Assembly: GCA_963758635.1 (NCBI GenBank) | Contig: CAVWWD010000003.1 | Coordinates: forward strand, 288,001 to 352,000 | DNA length: 64,000 nt | Reading direction: 5' to 3' | From: an uncultured Candidatus Rokubacteria bacterium | GTDB lineage: Bacteria; Methylomirabilota; Methylomirabilia; Rokubacteriales; CSP1-6 | Part shown: piece by piece, positions 53,183-64,000 of the stretch | How the letters are laid out: each line of letters starts with the position of its first letter | How positions within the stretch are numbered: position 1 is the stretch's first letter | Position numbers and translations under genes: made by a program | Notes under the pieces: model-generated | What the model was told of the DNA's origin: nothing | Databases searched by the model: none | What the model saw: only the letters and a program-made list of their open reading frames with translations

Positions 53183-53943
53183 GCGAGCGGGACGCCGCGC
53201 CCCTCTTCGGCCGGAACCCGGTGCTGGAGCTGCTCCGGGCCGACAGCCGCCGCGTGGAGGAGATCGCGATCCTCGCCGAGGGCCGGGGCCCCGCGCTCCA
53301 GACGCTGCTCACCCTGGCGCGCCAGCGCGGCGTCAAGGTGTCCTACCGGACCCGGGACCAGCTCTCGGCCATCGCCGGCACCGTCCACCACCAGGGCGTG
53401 GTGGCCCGGGTGGCCGAAGCGGCCTACGTCCCCCTGGCCGATCTCCTGGGCCTGCCCGCCGAGAAGAAGGAGCAGGCGCTCTTCCTGGCCCTCGACCGGA
53501 TCCAGGACCCGCGGAACCTGGGCGCGGTCCTCCGGACCGCGGAGGCCACGGGCGTCCACGGGGTGGTGCTCCCGACCCACCACGCCGTGGGCCTCACGGC
53601 CGCGGTCGCGAAGTCGGCGATGGGCGGGATGGAGCACGTCCCCGTGGCTCGAGAAGCCAACCTGGTGAACGTGCTCGAGGCCATGAAGCAGGAGCAGATC
53701 TGGGTGATGGGCGCGGCCCTCCGGGGAGGCGAGGCGCCGTGGGACGTGGACCTGGCCGTGCCCCTCTGCCTGGTGCTGGGGGGAGAGGGGGAGGGGCTCC
53801 GGCCCCTGGTGGCCCGGACCTGTGATCGCCTCCTGACCTTGCCGATGCGGGGCAAGCTCGGGTCGCTGAACGTGTCGGCGGCGGCGGCCGTCCTCTGTTA
53901 CGAGGTGCTGCGGCAGCGATCAGGTAGGAGAATTTCCTCTTGA
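53179..53943 (+). CDS. rlmB: 23S rRNA (G2251-2'-O)-methyltransferase
   Basis: GRNPV, HQGVVA, LDRIQDPRNLGAVLRTA, VLGGEGEG, SLNVS (SPOUT fold). Confidence 0.92.
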   Translation: MSERDAAPLFGRNPVLELLRADSRRVEEIAILAEGRGPALQTLLTLARQRGVKVSYRTRDQLSAIAGTVHHQGVVARVAEAAYVPLADLLGLPAEKKEQALFLALDRIQDPRNLGAVLRTAEATGVHGVVLPTHHAVGLTAAVAKSAMGGMEHVPVAREANLVNVLEAMKQEQIWVMGAALRGGEAPWDVDLAVPLCLVLGGEGEGLRPLVARTCDRLLTLPMRGKLGSLNVSAAAAVLCYEVLRQRSGRRISS

Positions 53944-53968
53944 CTATGCGTAACCTCGAAACTAATGT
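53940..53968 (+). promoter_or_regulatory. sigma70-type promoter of tRNA-tuf operon
   Basis: TTGACT, 17 nt spacer, TAATGT in an AT-rich patch, 14 nt before the first tRNA. Confidence 0.7.
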
Positions 53969-53982
53969 GAAGTTTTGCGACT

Positions 53983-54057
53983 GCTGGCGTAGCTCAGGGG
54001 TAGAGCAACTGCCTTGTAAGCAGTGGGTCGGGGGTTCAAATCCTCCCGCCAGCGCCA
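53983..54057 (+). tRNA. tRNA-Thr(TGT)
   Basis: Acceptor GCTGGCG/CGCCAGC, anticodon loop CTTGTAA, GGTTCAAATCC, CCA. Confidence 0.95.
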
Positions 54058-54091
54058 GCTTTTCCGGGAGGTTAGCCGTCGGGCACGGGCC

Positions 54092-54177
54092 GGGGAGATA
54101 CCCAAGTGGCCAAAGGGGGCAGACTGTAAATCTGCTGGCGGACGCCTTCGGGGGTTCAAATCCTCCTCTCCCCACCA
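54092..54177 (+). tRNA. tRNA-Tyr(GTA)
   Basis: Acceptor GGGGAGA/TCTCCCC, loop CTGTAAA, long variable arm, CCA. Confidence 0.95.
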
Positions 54178-54213
54178 GCCCAGCTCGGGGGCGTGATGGC
54201 GGCTCGGGGGCGA

Positions 54214-54288
54214 GCGGGAATAGCTCAGCGGTAGAGCGCCAGCCTTCCAAGCTGGGGGTCGCGGGTTCGAATCCCGTTTCCCGCTCCA
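54214..54288 (+). tRNA. tRNA-Gly(TCC)
   Basis: Acceptor GCGGGAA/TTCCCGC, loop CTTCCAA, GGTTCGAATCC, CCA. Confidence 0.95.
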
Positions 54289-54347
54289 TCGCCGCCTCGT
54301 GGCCACGAGGCGGGCGCTCGCTCACGACGACGACGATCGACATTCGG

Positions 54348-54423
54348 GCCCATGTAGCTCAGTTGGCAGAGCGCGTCCTTGGTAAGGACGAGGTCTCCGG
54401 TTCAAGCCCGGACATGGGCTCCA
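54348..54423 (+). tRNA. tRNA-Thr(GGT)
   Basis: Acceptor GCCCATG/CATGGGC, loop TTGGTAA, GGTTCAAGCCC, CCA. Confidence 0.95.
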
Positions 54424-54450
54424 TTTCGCCGGACATGGGCTCCACTTCGC
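54408..54450 (+). repeat. Direct duplication of tRNA-Thr 3' end (period 21 bp)
   Basis: CCGGACATGGGCTCCA(T/C)TTCGC at 54408 and 54429. Confidence 0.9.
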
Positions 54451-54513
54451 TGGTTCGGCACGCGCGACCCTGGGCAGTCGAACGCACCACGTAGGACGGA
54501 GGAGGATTCTCGG

Positions 54514-55710
54514 ATGGCCAAGGCGAAGTTCGATCGGACGAAGCCGCACGTGAACATCGGGACGATTGGGCACATCGATCACGGGAAGACGACGTTGACG
54601 AGTGCGATTACGAAGGTGCTGCACACGAAGTACAGCGGGGTGGCGGTGCGGGACTTTGGGACGATCGACAACGCGCCGGAAGAGCGGGAGCGGGGGATCA
54701 CGATCGCGGTGTCGCACGTGGAGTACGAGACGGGGAACCGGCACTACGCGCACATCGACTGTCCGGGGCACGCGGACTACATCAAGAACATGATCACGGG
54801 GGCGGCGCAGATGGACGGGGCGATCCTCGTGGTGGCGGCGAACGATGGGCCGATGCCGCAGACGCGGGAGCACGTGTTGCTGGCGCGGCAGGTGAATGTG
54901 CCGAGCCTGGTGGTGTTCATGAACAAGGTGGACATGGTGGATGATCCGGAGATTTTGGACCTGGTGGAGCTGGAGGTGCGGGAGTTGCTGAAGAAGTACC
55001 AGTTCCCGGGGGACGACATCCCGGTGGTGCGGGGCAGCGCGCTGGGGGCGATGGAGAAGCCGGAGGACGCGACGGCGTCGAAGTGCATCTGGGAGCTGAT
55101 GGAGGCGGTGGACAGCTACATTCCGACGCCGCCGCGGCCGGTGGACAAGCCGTTTTTGATGCCGATCGAGGACATATTCACGATCACGGGGCGGGGGACG
55201 GTGGTGACGGGGCGGGTGGAGCGGGGGATCGTGAAGGTGGGGGAAGAGATCGAGATCGTGGGGATGCAGGAGGCGACGCGGAAGTCGGTGGTGACGGGGG
55301 TGGAGATGTTCCGGAAGCTGCTGGACGAGGGGCGGGCGGGGGACAACATCGGGGCGTTGCTGCGGGGGGTGGACAAGGACGAGGTGGAGCGGGGGCAGGT
55401 GCTGGCGAAGCCGGGGTCGATCAAGCCGCACAAGAAGTTCAAGGCGGAGGTGTACGTGCTGGGGAAGGACGAGGGGGGGCGGCACACGCCGTTTTTCAAC
55501 GGGTACCGGCCGCAGTTCTACTTTCGGACGACGGACGTGACGGGGGTGTGCACGCTGCCGAGTGGGGTGGAGATGGTGATGCCGGGGGACAACGTGACGA
55601 TGGCGATCGAGCTGATCCAGCCGATCGCGATGGAGAAGGAGCTGCGGTTCGCGATCCGGGAGGGGGGACGGACGGTGGGAGCGGGCGTCGTGGCGGAGAT
55701 CGCGGAGTAG
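54514..55710 (+). CDS. tuf: Elongation factor Tu
   Basis: [57 protein letters not shown]. Confidence 0.99.
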   Translation: MAKAKFDRTKPHVNIGTIGHIDHGKTTLTSAITKVLHTKYSGVAVRDFGTIDNAPEERERGITIAVSHVEYETGNRHYAHIDCPGHADYIKNMITGAAQMDGAILVVAANDGPMPQTREHVLLARQVNVPSLVVFMNKVDMVDDPEILDLVELEVRELLKKYQFPGDDIPVVRGSALGAMEKPEDATASKCIWELMEAVDSYIPTPPRPVDKPFLMPIEDIFTITGRGTVVTGRVERGIVKVGEEIEIVGMQEATRKSVVTGVEMFRKLLDEGRAGDNIGALLRGVDKDEVERGQVLAKPGSIKPHKKFKAEVYVLGKDEGGRHTPFFNGYRPQFYFRTTDVTGVCTLPSGVEMVMPGDNVTMAIELIQPIAMEKELRFAIREGGRTVGAGVVAEIAE

Positions 55711-55713
55711 GTC

Positions 55714-55863
55714 ATGCGCGACGGCATCTCCTTGGCGTGCACGACATGCCAGCGACGCAACTACGCGACCACCAAGAACCGGCGCACGCATCCCGATCGC
55801 CTGGAGCTCAAGAAGTTCTGCAAGTGGTGCCGTAAGCACACTCCCCACCGGGAGTCGAAATAG
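55714..55863 (+). CDS. rpmG: 50S ribosomal protein L33 (Zn-binding form; below ORF-track cutoff)
   Basis: Hand-translated: [49 protein letters not shown]. Confidence 0.95.
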   Translation: MRDGISLACTTCQRRNYATTKNRRTHPDRLELKKFCKWCRKHTPHRESK

Positions 55864-55915
55864 ACAACGCGGGCGCTGGCCCATTGTCCTAAGGGCCAAT
55901 TGTCCGAACGTTTCT

Positions 55916-55992
55916 AGGCGTGTAGCTCTAACGGCTAGAGCACCGGACTCCAAATCCGGGGGATGGGGGTTCGAATCCCTCCACGCCTGCCA
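55916..55992 (+). tRNA. tRNA-Trp(CCA)
   Basis: Acceptor AGGCGTG/CACGCCT, loop CTCCAAA, GGTTCGAATCC, CCA; canonical position between rpmG and secE. Confidence 0.95.
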
Positions 55993-56071
55993 GTTCCGCC
56001 GCCGCGTGCCGGGGGACCGGCCGCGGCGAGCGGTGGAGTAAACGCTTCGAGGGTGTCTTGACGGGAGCGGA

Positions 56072-56263
56072 ATGGAGTTCCTGAGACGTACCCAGCAGTT
56101 CTTCCACGAGGTGATGGCGGAGTTCCGGCGCGTCAGCTGGCCCAGCCGCACCGAGGTGGCCAACTCCACCGTGGTCGTCGTGGCGGTGGTGTTCGTGCTC
56201 GCCTTCTTCCTCGGGGGGGTCGACGTCGCCCTGTCCAAGATCGTGGAGAGGATCCTCCGATGA
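56072..56263 (+). CDS. secE: Preprotein translocase subunit SecE
   Basis: FFHEVMAEFRRVSWPSRTE plus one TM; precedes nusG. Confidence 0.93.
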   Translation: MEFLRRTQQFFHEVMAEFRRVSWPSRTEVANSTVVVVAVVFVLAFFLGGVDVALSKIVERILR

Positions 56264-56820
56264 GCGAGAGCGAAACGGCGACAGGGACGCGGCCGAAGCA
56301 GTGGTTCGTCGTGCACACGTACTCGGGCTTCGAGAACAAGGTGGCGTCGGCCATCGAGTCGCGGGCCAAGATCTTCAACCTCCAGGACATGTTCGGCCGC
56401 GTGATCGTGCCCACCGAGAAGGTGCGGGAGATCCGGCGGAGCAAGAAGATCGAGATCGAGCAGAAGTTCTTCCCGGGCTACCTGCTCGTGGAGATGGAGT
56501 TGACCGACGACACGTGGCACCTCGTGCGCTCGACGCCGAAGGTCACGGGCTTCGTCGGCTCGGGGGCGCGGCCGGTCGCGCTGCCGCCCGACGAGGTGGA
56601 GGGGATCCTCAAGCAGATGGAGGAGGGCGCGGAGAAGCCCAAGCTCAAGTCCACGTTCCAGCGTGGCGACAAGGTGCGGGTCATCGAGGGGCCGTTCGTG
56701 AACTTCCAGGGCGCCATCGACGACCTCAACCCCGAGCGCGGGAAGCTCAAGGTCATGGTGGCCATCTTCGGGCGCATGACGCCCGTGGAGCTCGAGTACT
56801 ACCAGGTGGAAAGGCTCTGA
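56260..56820 (+). CDS. nusG: Transcription termination/antitermination factor NusG
   Basis: [57 protein letters not shown]. Confidence 0.98.
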   Translation: MSESETATGTRPKQWFVVHTYSGFENKVASAIESRAKIFNLQDMFGRVIVPTEKVREIRRSKKIEIEQKFFPGYLLVEMELTDDTWHLVRSTPKVTGFVGSGARPVALPPDEVEGILKQMEEGAEKPKLKSTFQRGDKVRVIEGPFVNFQGAIDDLNPERGKLKVMVAIFGRMTPVELEYYQVERL

Positions 56821-56821
56821 C

Positions 56822-57256
56822 ATGGCGAAGAAGGTCCAGGCGATGGTGAAGCTGCAGATCCCCGCGGGCAAGGCCAACCCCTCGCCCCCGGTGGGACCCG
56901 CGCTCGGCCAGCACGGGGTCAACATCATGGAGTTCTGCAAGGGCTTCAACGCCCAGACGAACTCGCAGGAGGGCCTGATCCTGCCCGTGGTGGTCACGAT
57001 CTTCCAGGACCGGTCGTTCACCTTCGTGGTGAAGACGCCGCCCGCCGCGGTGCTCCTGAAGCGCGCGGCGGGGATCGCCAAGGCGTCGGCGGTGCCCCAC
57101 AAGGACAAGATCGGCCAGGTGACGCGCGCCCAGGTCCGCGAGATCGCCCAGACCAAGCTCGTCGACCTGAACACCGACTCCATCGACTCCGCCATGCGCA
57201 CCGTCGAAGGCACCGCCCGCAGCATGGGGATTGATGTGGTCGGTGCTGTGAGGTGA
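56822..57256 (+). CDS. rplK: 50S ribosomal protein L11
   Basis: [43 protein letters not shown]. Confidence 0.98.
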   Translation: MAKKVQAMVKLQIPAGKANPSPPVGPALGQHGVNIMEFCKGFNAQTNSQEGLILPVVVTIFQDRSFTFVVKTPPAAVLLKRAAGIAKASAVPHKDKIGQVTRAQVREIAQTKLVDLNTDSIDSAMRTVEGTARSMGIDVVGAVR

Positions 57257-57491
57257 GCGCGAAGCGCGAGCCGAACGAACATGGAAATGCAGTGGAAACG
57301 ACCAGAACCCGACGAGAGCCGGCGCGATCGAGAGCCGGCCGTGGCAGTGCGAGGTGAGCGCGAAGCGCGAGCCGAGCGAACATGGAAATGCAGTGGAAAC
57401 GACCGAGAGCCGCGACGAGAGCCGGCCGTGGCAGTGCGAGGTGAGCGCGAAGCGCGAGCCGAGCGTATATGGAAATGCAGTGGAAACAACC
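57243..57491 (+). repeat. Family A array: three about 60-bp repeats with 41- and 27-bp related spacers
   Basis: GTGGCAGTGCGAGGTGAGCGCGAAGCGCGAGCCGAGCG(AAC/TAT)ATGGAAATGCAGTGGAAAC at 57341-57400 and 57428-57487, plus a 5'-degenerate copy ending 57299. Confidence 0.95.
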
Positions 57492-57520
57492 GAAACGCGG
57501 CCTGAGAGGAGCGCACTGAC

Positions 57521-58228
57521 ATGCCGACCATGACCAAGCGCGAGAAGGCGGCGAGCGCCGCCTACGACCGGGAGAAGGAATATCCGGTCGAAGAGGCGCT
57601 CGGCGTCCTGAACCAGCTGCCGAAGGCGAAGTTCGACGAGACGGTCGATCTGTCGATGCGGCTCGGCGTCGATCCCAAGCACGCGGACCAGATGGTCCGC
57701 GGCGCCATCGTCCTGCCCCACGGCATCGGCAAGGCCGTGCGCGTGGCGGTGTTCGCCAAGGGCGAAAAGGAGCGCGAGGCGCGCGAGGCCGGCGCGGACG
57801 TGGTCGGCGCCGAGGATCTCGTCGAGCGGATCCAGGGGGGCTGGCTCGACTTCGACTCGGCGGTGGCCACCCCGGACCTCATGGGCCAGGTGGGCCGACT
57901 CGGCAAGGTGCTCGGTCCGCGCGGGCTCATGCCCAACCCGAAGCTCGGCACGGTGACGTTCGACGTCGGGCGCGCGGTGCGCGAGGTGAAGGCGGGCAAG
58001 GTGGAGTTCCGGGTGGACAAGGCCGGCAACGTGCACGTGCCCATCGGGAAGCGCTCGTTCACGCCGGAGGCCCTCGTGGACAACGCCCTCGCCCTCCTCG
58101 AGGCGGTCGTCCGGGCCAAGCCCTCGGCCTCGAAGGGCACGTACCTGCGGTCGATCACGCTGTCCTCGACCATGAGCCCCGGCATCAAGGTCGACGCCCA
58201 GCGCATCGCCGCGCAGTTCAAGCGGTAG
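57521..58228 (+). CDS. rplA: 50S ribosomal protein L1
   Basis: [46 protein letters not shown]. Confidence 0.98.
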   Translation: MPTMTKREKAASAAYDREKEYPVEEALGVLNQLPKAKFDETVDLSMRLGVDPKHADQMVRGAIVLPHGIGKAVRVAVFAKGEKEREAREAGADVVGAEDLVERIQGGWLDFDSAVATPDLMGQVGRLGKVLGPRGLMPNPKLGTVTFDVGRAVREVKAGKVEFRVDKAGNVHVPIGKRSFTPEALVDNALALLEAVVRAKPSASKGTYLRSITLSSTMSPGIKVDAQRIAAQFKR

Positions 58229-58392
58229 TGCGCAGCGAGCCGAAGGCGAGCGGAGCGCATATGGAAATGCAGTGGAAGCGACGCAGCGCCGAGCGCACAT
58301 GGAAATGCAGTGGAAACGACCGCAGCGCCGCCGGACGCGTTGCGGGGACGGCAGTGGAAACAACCGCAGCGCCGTCGAACGCGTTGCGGGTC
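58229..58392 (+). repeat. Family A element with progressively truncated tandem copies
   Basis: GCAGTGGAA at about 58269, 58307 and 58351; CGCAGCGCCG and ACGCGTTGCGGG linkers repeated. Confidence 0.9.
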
Positions 58393-58454
58393 GCTCGGAA
58401 CGCTGAGCAGCTGAACGAGACGCAGGGTCCGCGGACCGCATAGAGGAGCCACAC

Positions 58455-59202
58455 GTGCCGAACGCAGCGAAGGCCGAGACGATCGAGTCGCTGAAGCAGC
58501 GGCTCGACGGCGCGCACAGCGCCGTGCTGACCGACTACCGCGGACTGACCGTCCGCCAGATCTCCGACCTGCGGAAGCAGCTCAAGGGCGCGGCCGCGGA
58601 GTACAAGGTGGTCAAGAATCGCCTGGCCGCCCTCGCCGTCCGAGGGGGCGCTCTCGACGCCATCGCGCCGCACCTGAAGGGCCCCGTCGGTCTGGCGTTC
58701 ACCAAGCAGGACCCGGTGGCGGTGGCCAAGGCGCTCCAGGTCTTCGTTCGCGCGAACCCGACCTTCACGATCAGGCTCGGCCTGGTCGAGGGGAAGGTGG
58801 TGCCGCCCGAGGGACTCCGCTCGCTCGCCGAGCTGCCGTCGAAGGAGGCGCTCCGGAGCCAGCTGGTCGGCGCCCTCGAGGGCCCGATGTCGCAGATCGT
58901 GAGCCTGCTGCAGGCCCCGATGCGCGACCTGGCCTACATCCTCTCCGAGCGGAGCAAGCAGGAGGGGGCCGCGCCGGCCGCACCGGCGGCGGAGCCGGTG
59001 GCCGCTGCGGCCGCGAGCGCGGAGCCGGCAGCAGAAGCCGCGGCCGCGCCGGCCGCGAGCGCGGAGCCGGCAGCGGAAGCGCCGGCCGAAGCGGCGCCGA
59101 GCGCGGAGCCGCCGAGCGCGGAGCCAGGCGAGCGCAGGCAGCCGCGAGCGCGGAGCGGCGAGCGCGGAGCCCGCGGGCGAGGCGCCCGCGACGAGCGCGT
59201 AG
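58455..59202 (+). CDS. rplJ: 50S ribosomal protein L10 with Ala/Glu/Pro-rich tail (frameshift within tail)
   Basis: DYRGLTV, LRKQL, VVKNRL, LKGP, LAELPS; probable end [13 protein letters not shown] at TAG 59200-59202. Confidence 0.93.
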
Positions 59203-59259
59203 CAAGGGACAGGACCGAGTCGATCACGCAGTCGAACCAATTCACTGGAGGCTCAGGAC

Positions 59260-59644
59260 ATGGCGACGAACATCGAGGAGATTGCCGAGAAGCTGGACTC
59301 GCTGACCCTGCTGGAGGCGTCCCAGCTCTCGAAGCTCTTGCAGGAGAAGTGGGGCGTCTCGGCGGCGGCGGCGGTGGCGGTGGCCGCTCCGGCGGCGGGC
59401 GGCGGCCGCGGGTGCCGCGGTGGCCGAGGAGAAGACGGAGTTCGACGTCATCCTGTCCGCGGCCGGCGAGAAGAAGATCCAGGTCATCAAGGTGGTGCGC
59501 GAGCTGACGGGCCTCGGTCTGAAGGAGGCGAAGGACCTCGTCGACGGTGCCCCGAAGGCCGTGAAGGAGAAGATCGCGAAGGCCGAGGCCGCGGACGTCA
59601 AGAAGAAGCTCGAGGAGGTCGGCGCCGTCGTCGAGGTCAAGTAG
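59260..59644 (+). CDS. rplL: 50S ribosomal protein L7/L12 (frameshift in the hinge near 59400)
   Basis: [20 protein letters not shown], then [34 protein letters not shown]. Confidence 0.96.
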
Positions 59645-59789
59645 CCTCCGCCCTGAATCGACCGGGAGCCAGCGGCACCGGCTTCCGGCGGGAACGCATC
59701 GTCCGAAAGAGGCGGTTCTTTCTTTCAGGGGCCTCGCCCGCGAGGGCGGGAGTGAGCACCCGGCGTGCGAGCCGGGGCGCGGAGGGTGT

Positions 59790-63793
<4,004 letters not shown>

Positions 63794-63808
63794 CAGGAGA
63801 TCCCGAGA

Positions 63809-64000
63809 ATGCTGACGGACCGGTCATTCGGCAGCCTCGTACGCGAGGAGAAGCCCACCAAGGACCTGTGGGGCATCCTCGATCGGCATCCGAAGCCCAT
63901 GACCTTCGGCGCCATCCGGATCAAGCTGGCCTCGCCCCAGAAGATCCGCGAGTGGTCGCACGGAGAGGTGAAGAAGCCCGAGACCATCAACTACCGGACC
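63809..64000 (+). CDS. rpoC: RNA polymerase beta' subunit, 5' part
   Basis: Hand-translated: ..[32 protein letters not shown], open to window end. Confidence 0.96.
   Translation, partial: MLTDRSFGSLVREEKPTKDLWGILDRHPKPMTFGAIRIKLASPQKIREWSHGEVKKPETINYRT

Noticed and set aside
57243..57491. Bona fide CRISPR array
   Set aside because: Repeats of about 60 bp are too long, spacers are unequal (41 and 27 bp) and related to each other, copies are dispersed singly elsewhere, and there is no leader or cas gene in the window.
58455..59507. L10-L12 fusion ORF
   Set aside because: Produced by frameshifts. rplL has its own SD and ATG at 59260, and rplJ has a plausible TAG at 59200-59202.

Overview
This window is from a very GC-rich bacterial chromosome and is almost entirely + strand and housekeeping. 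Gene order and split operons suggest a Candidatus Rokubacteria/Methylomirabilota-like organism, which is an inference. In order it holds: a methyltransferase and FAD-oxidoreductase pair, an M23 peptidase, nuoLMN, a HAD hydrolase and glpD, a C-domain-less A-T-TE NRPS-like gene running in frame into a CaiB/BaiF CoA-transferase, a lactonase, a ThDP enzyme, ugpBAE with a GDPD, a second ABC transporter, atpZ/I-B-E and rex, mfd, a surA-like gene, rho, rpmE, prfA, prmC, murA, the his operon, mlaEFD, radA, ispDF, cysS, rlmB, five tRNAs, tuf, rpmG, secE, nusG, rplKAJL, rpoB and the start of rpoC. About 15-20 single-base frameshifts in essential genes look like long-read indel errors, not pseudogenes. 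The most notable non-gene signal is at least five families of 45-100 bp palindromic or terminal-inverted-repeat elements. They sit at operon junctions, often at or supplying stop codons, and are often tandemly amplified. Several share a 3' (GCAG)TGGAAAC end and GNA-triloop hairpins. One copy, amplified as 3 x 39 bp, lies inside the hisF coding sequence. The tuf gene also has an extreme G-ending, C-avoiding codon pattern unlike its neighbours. No transposase, integrase or cas gene is present in the window.
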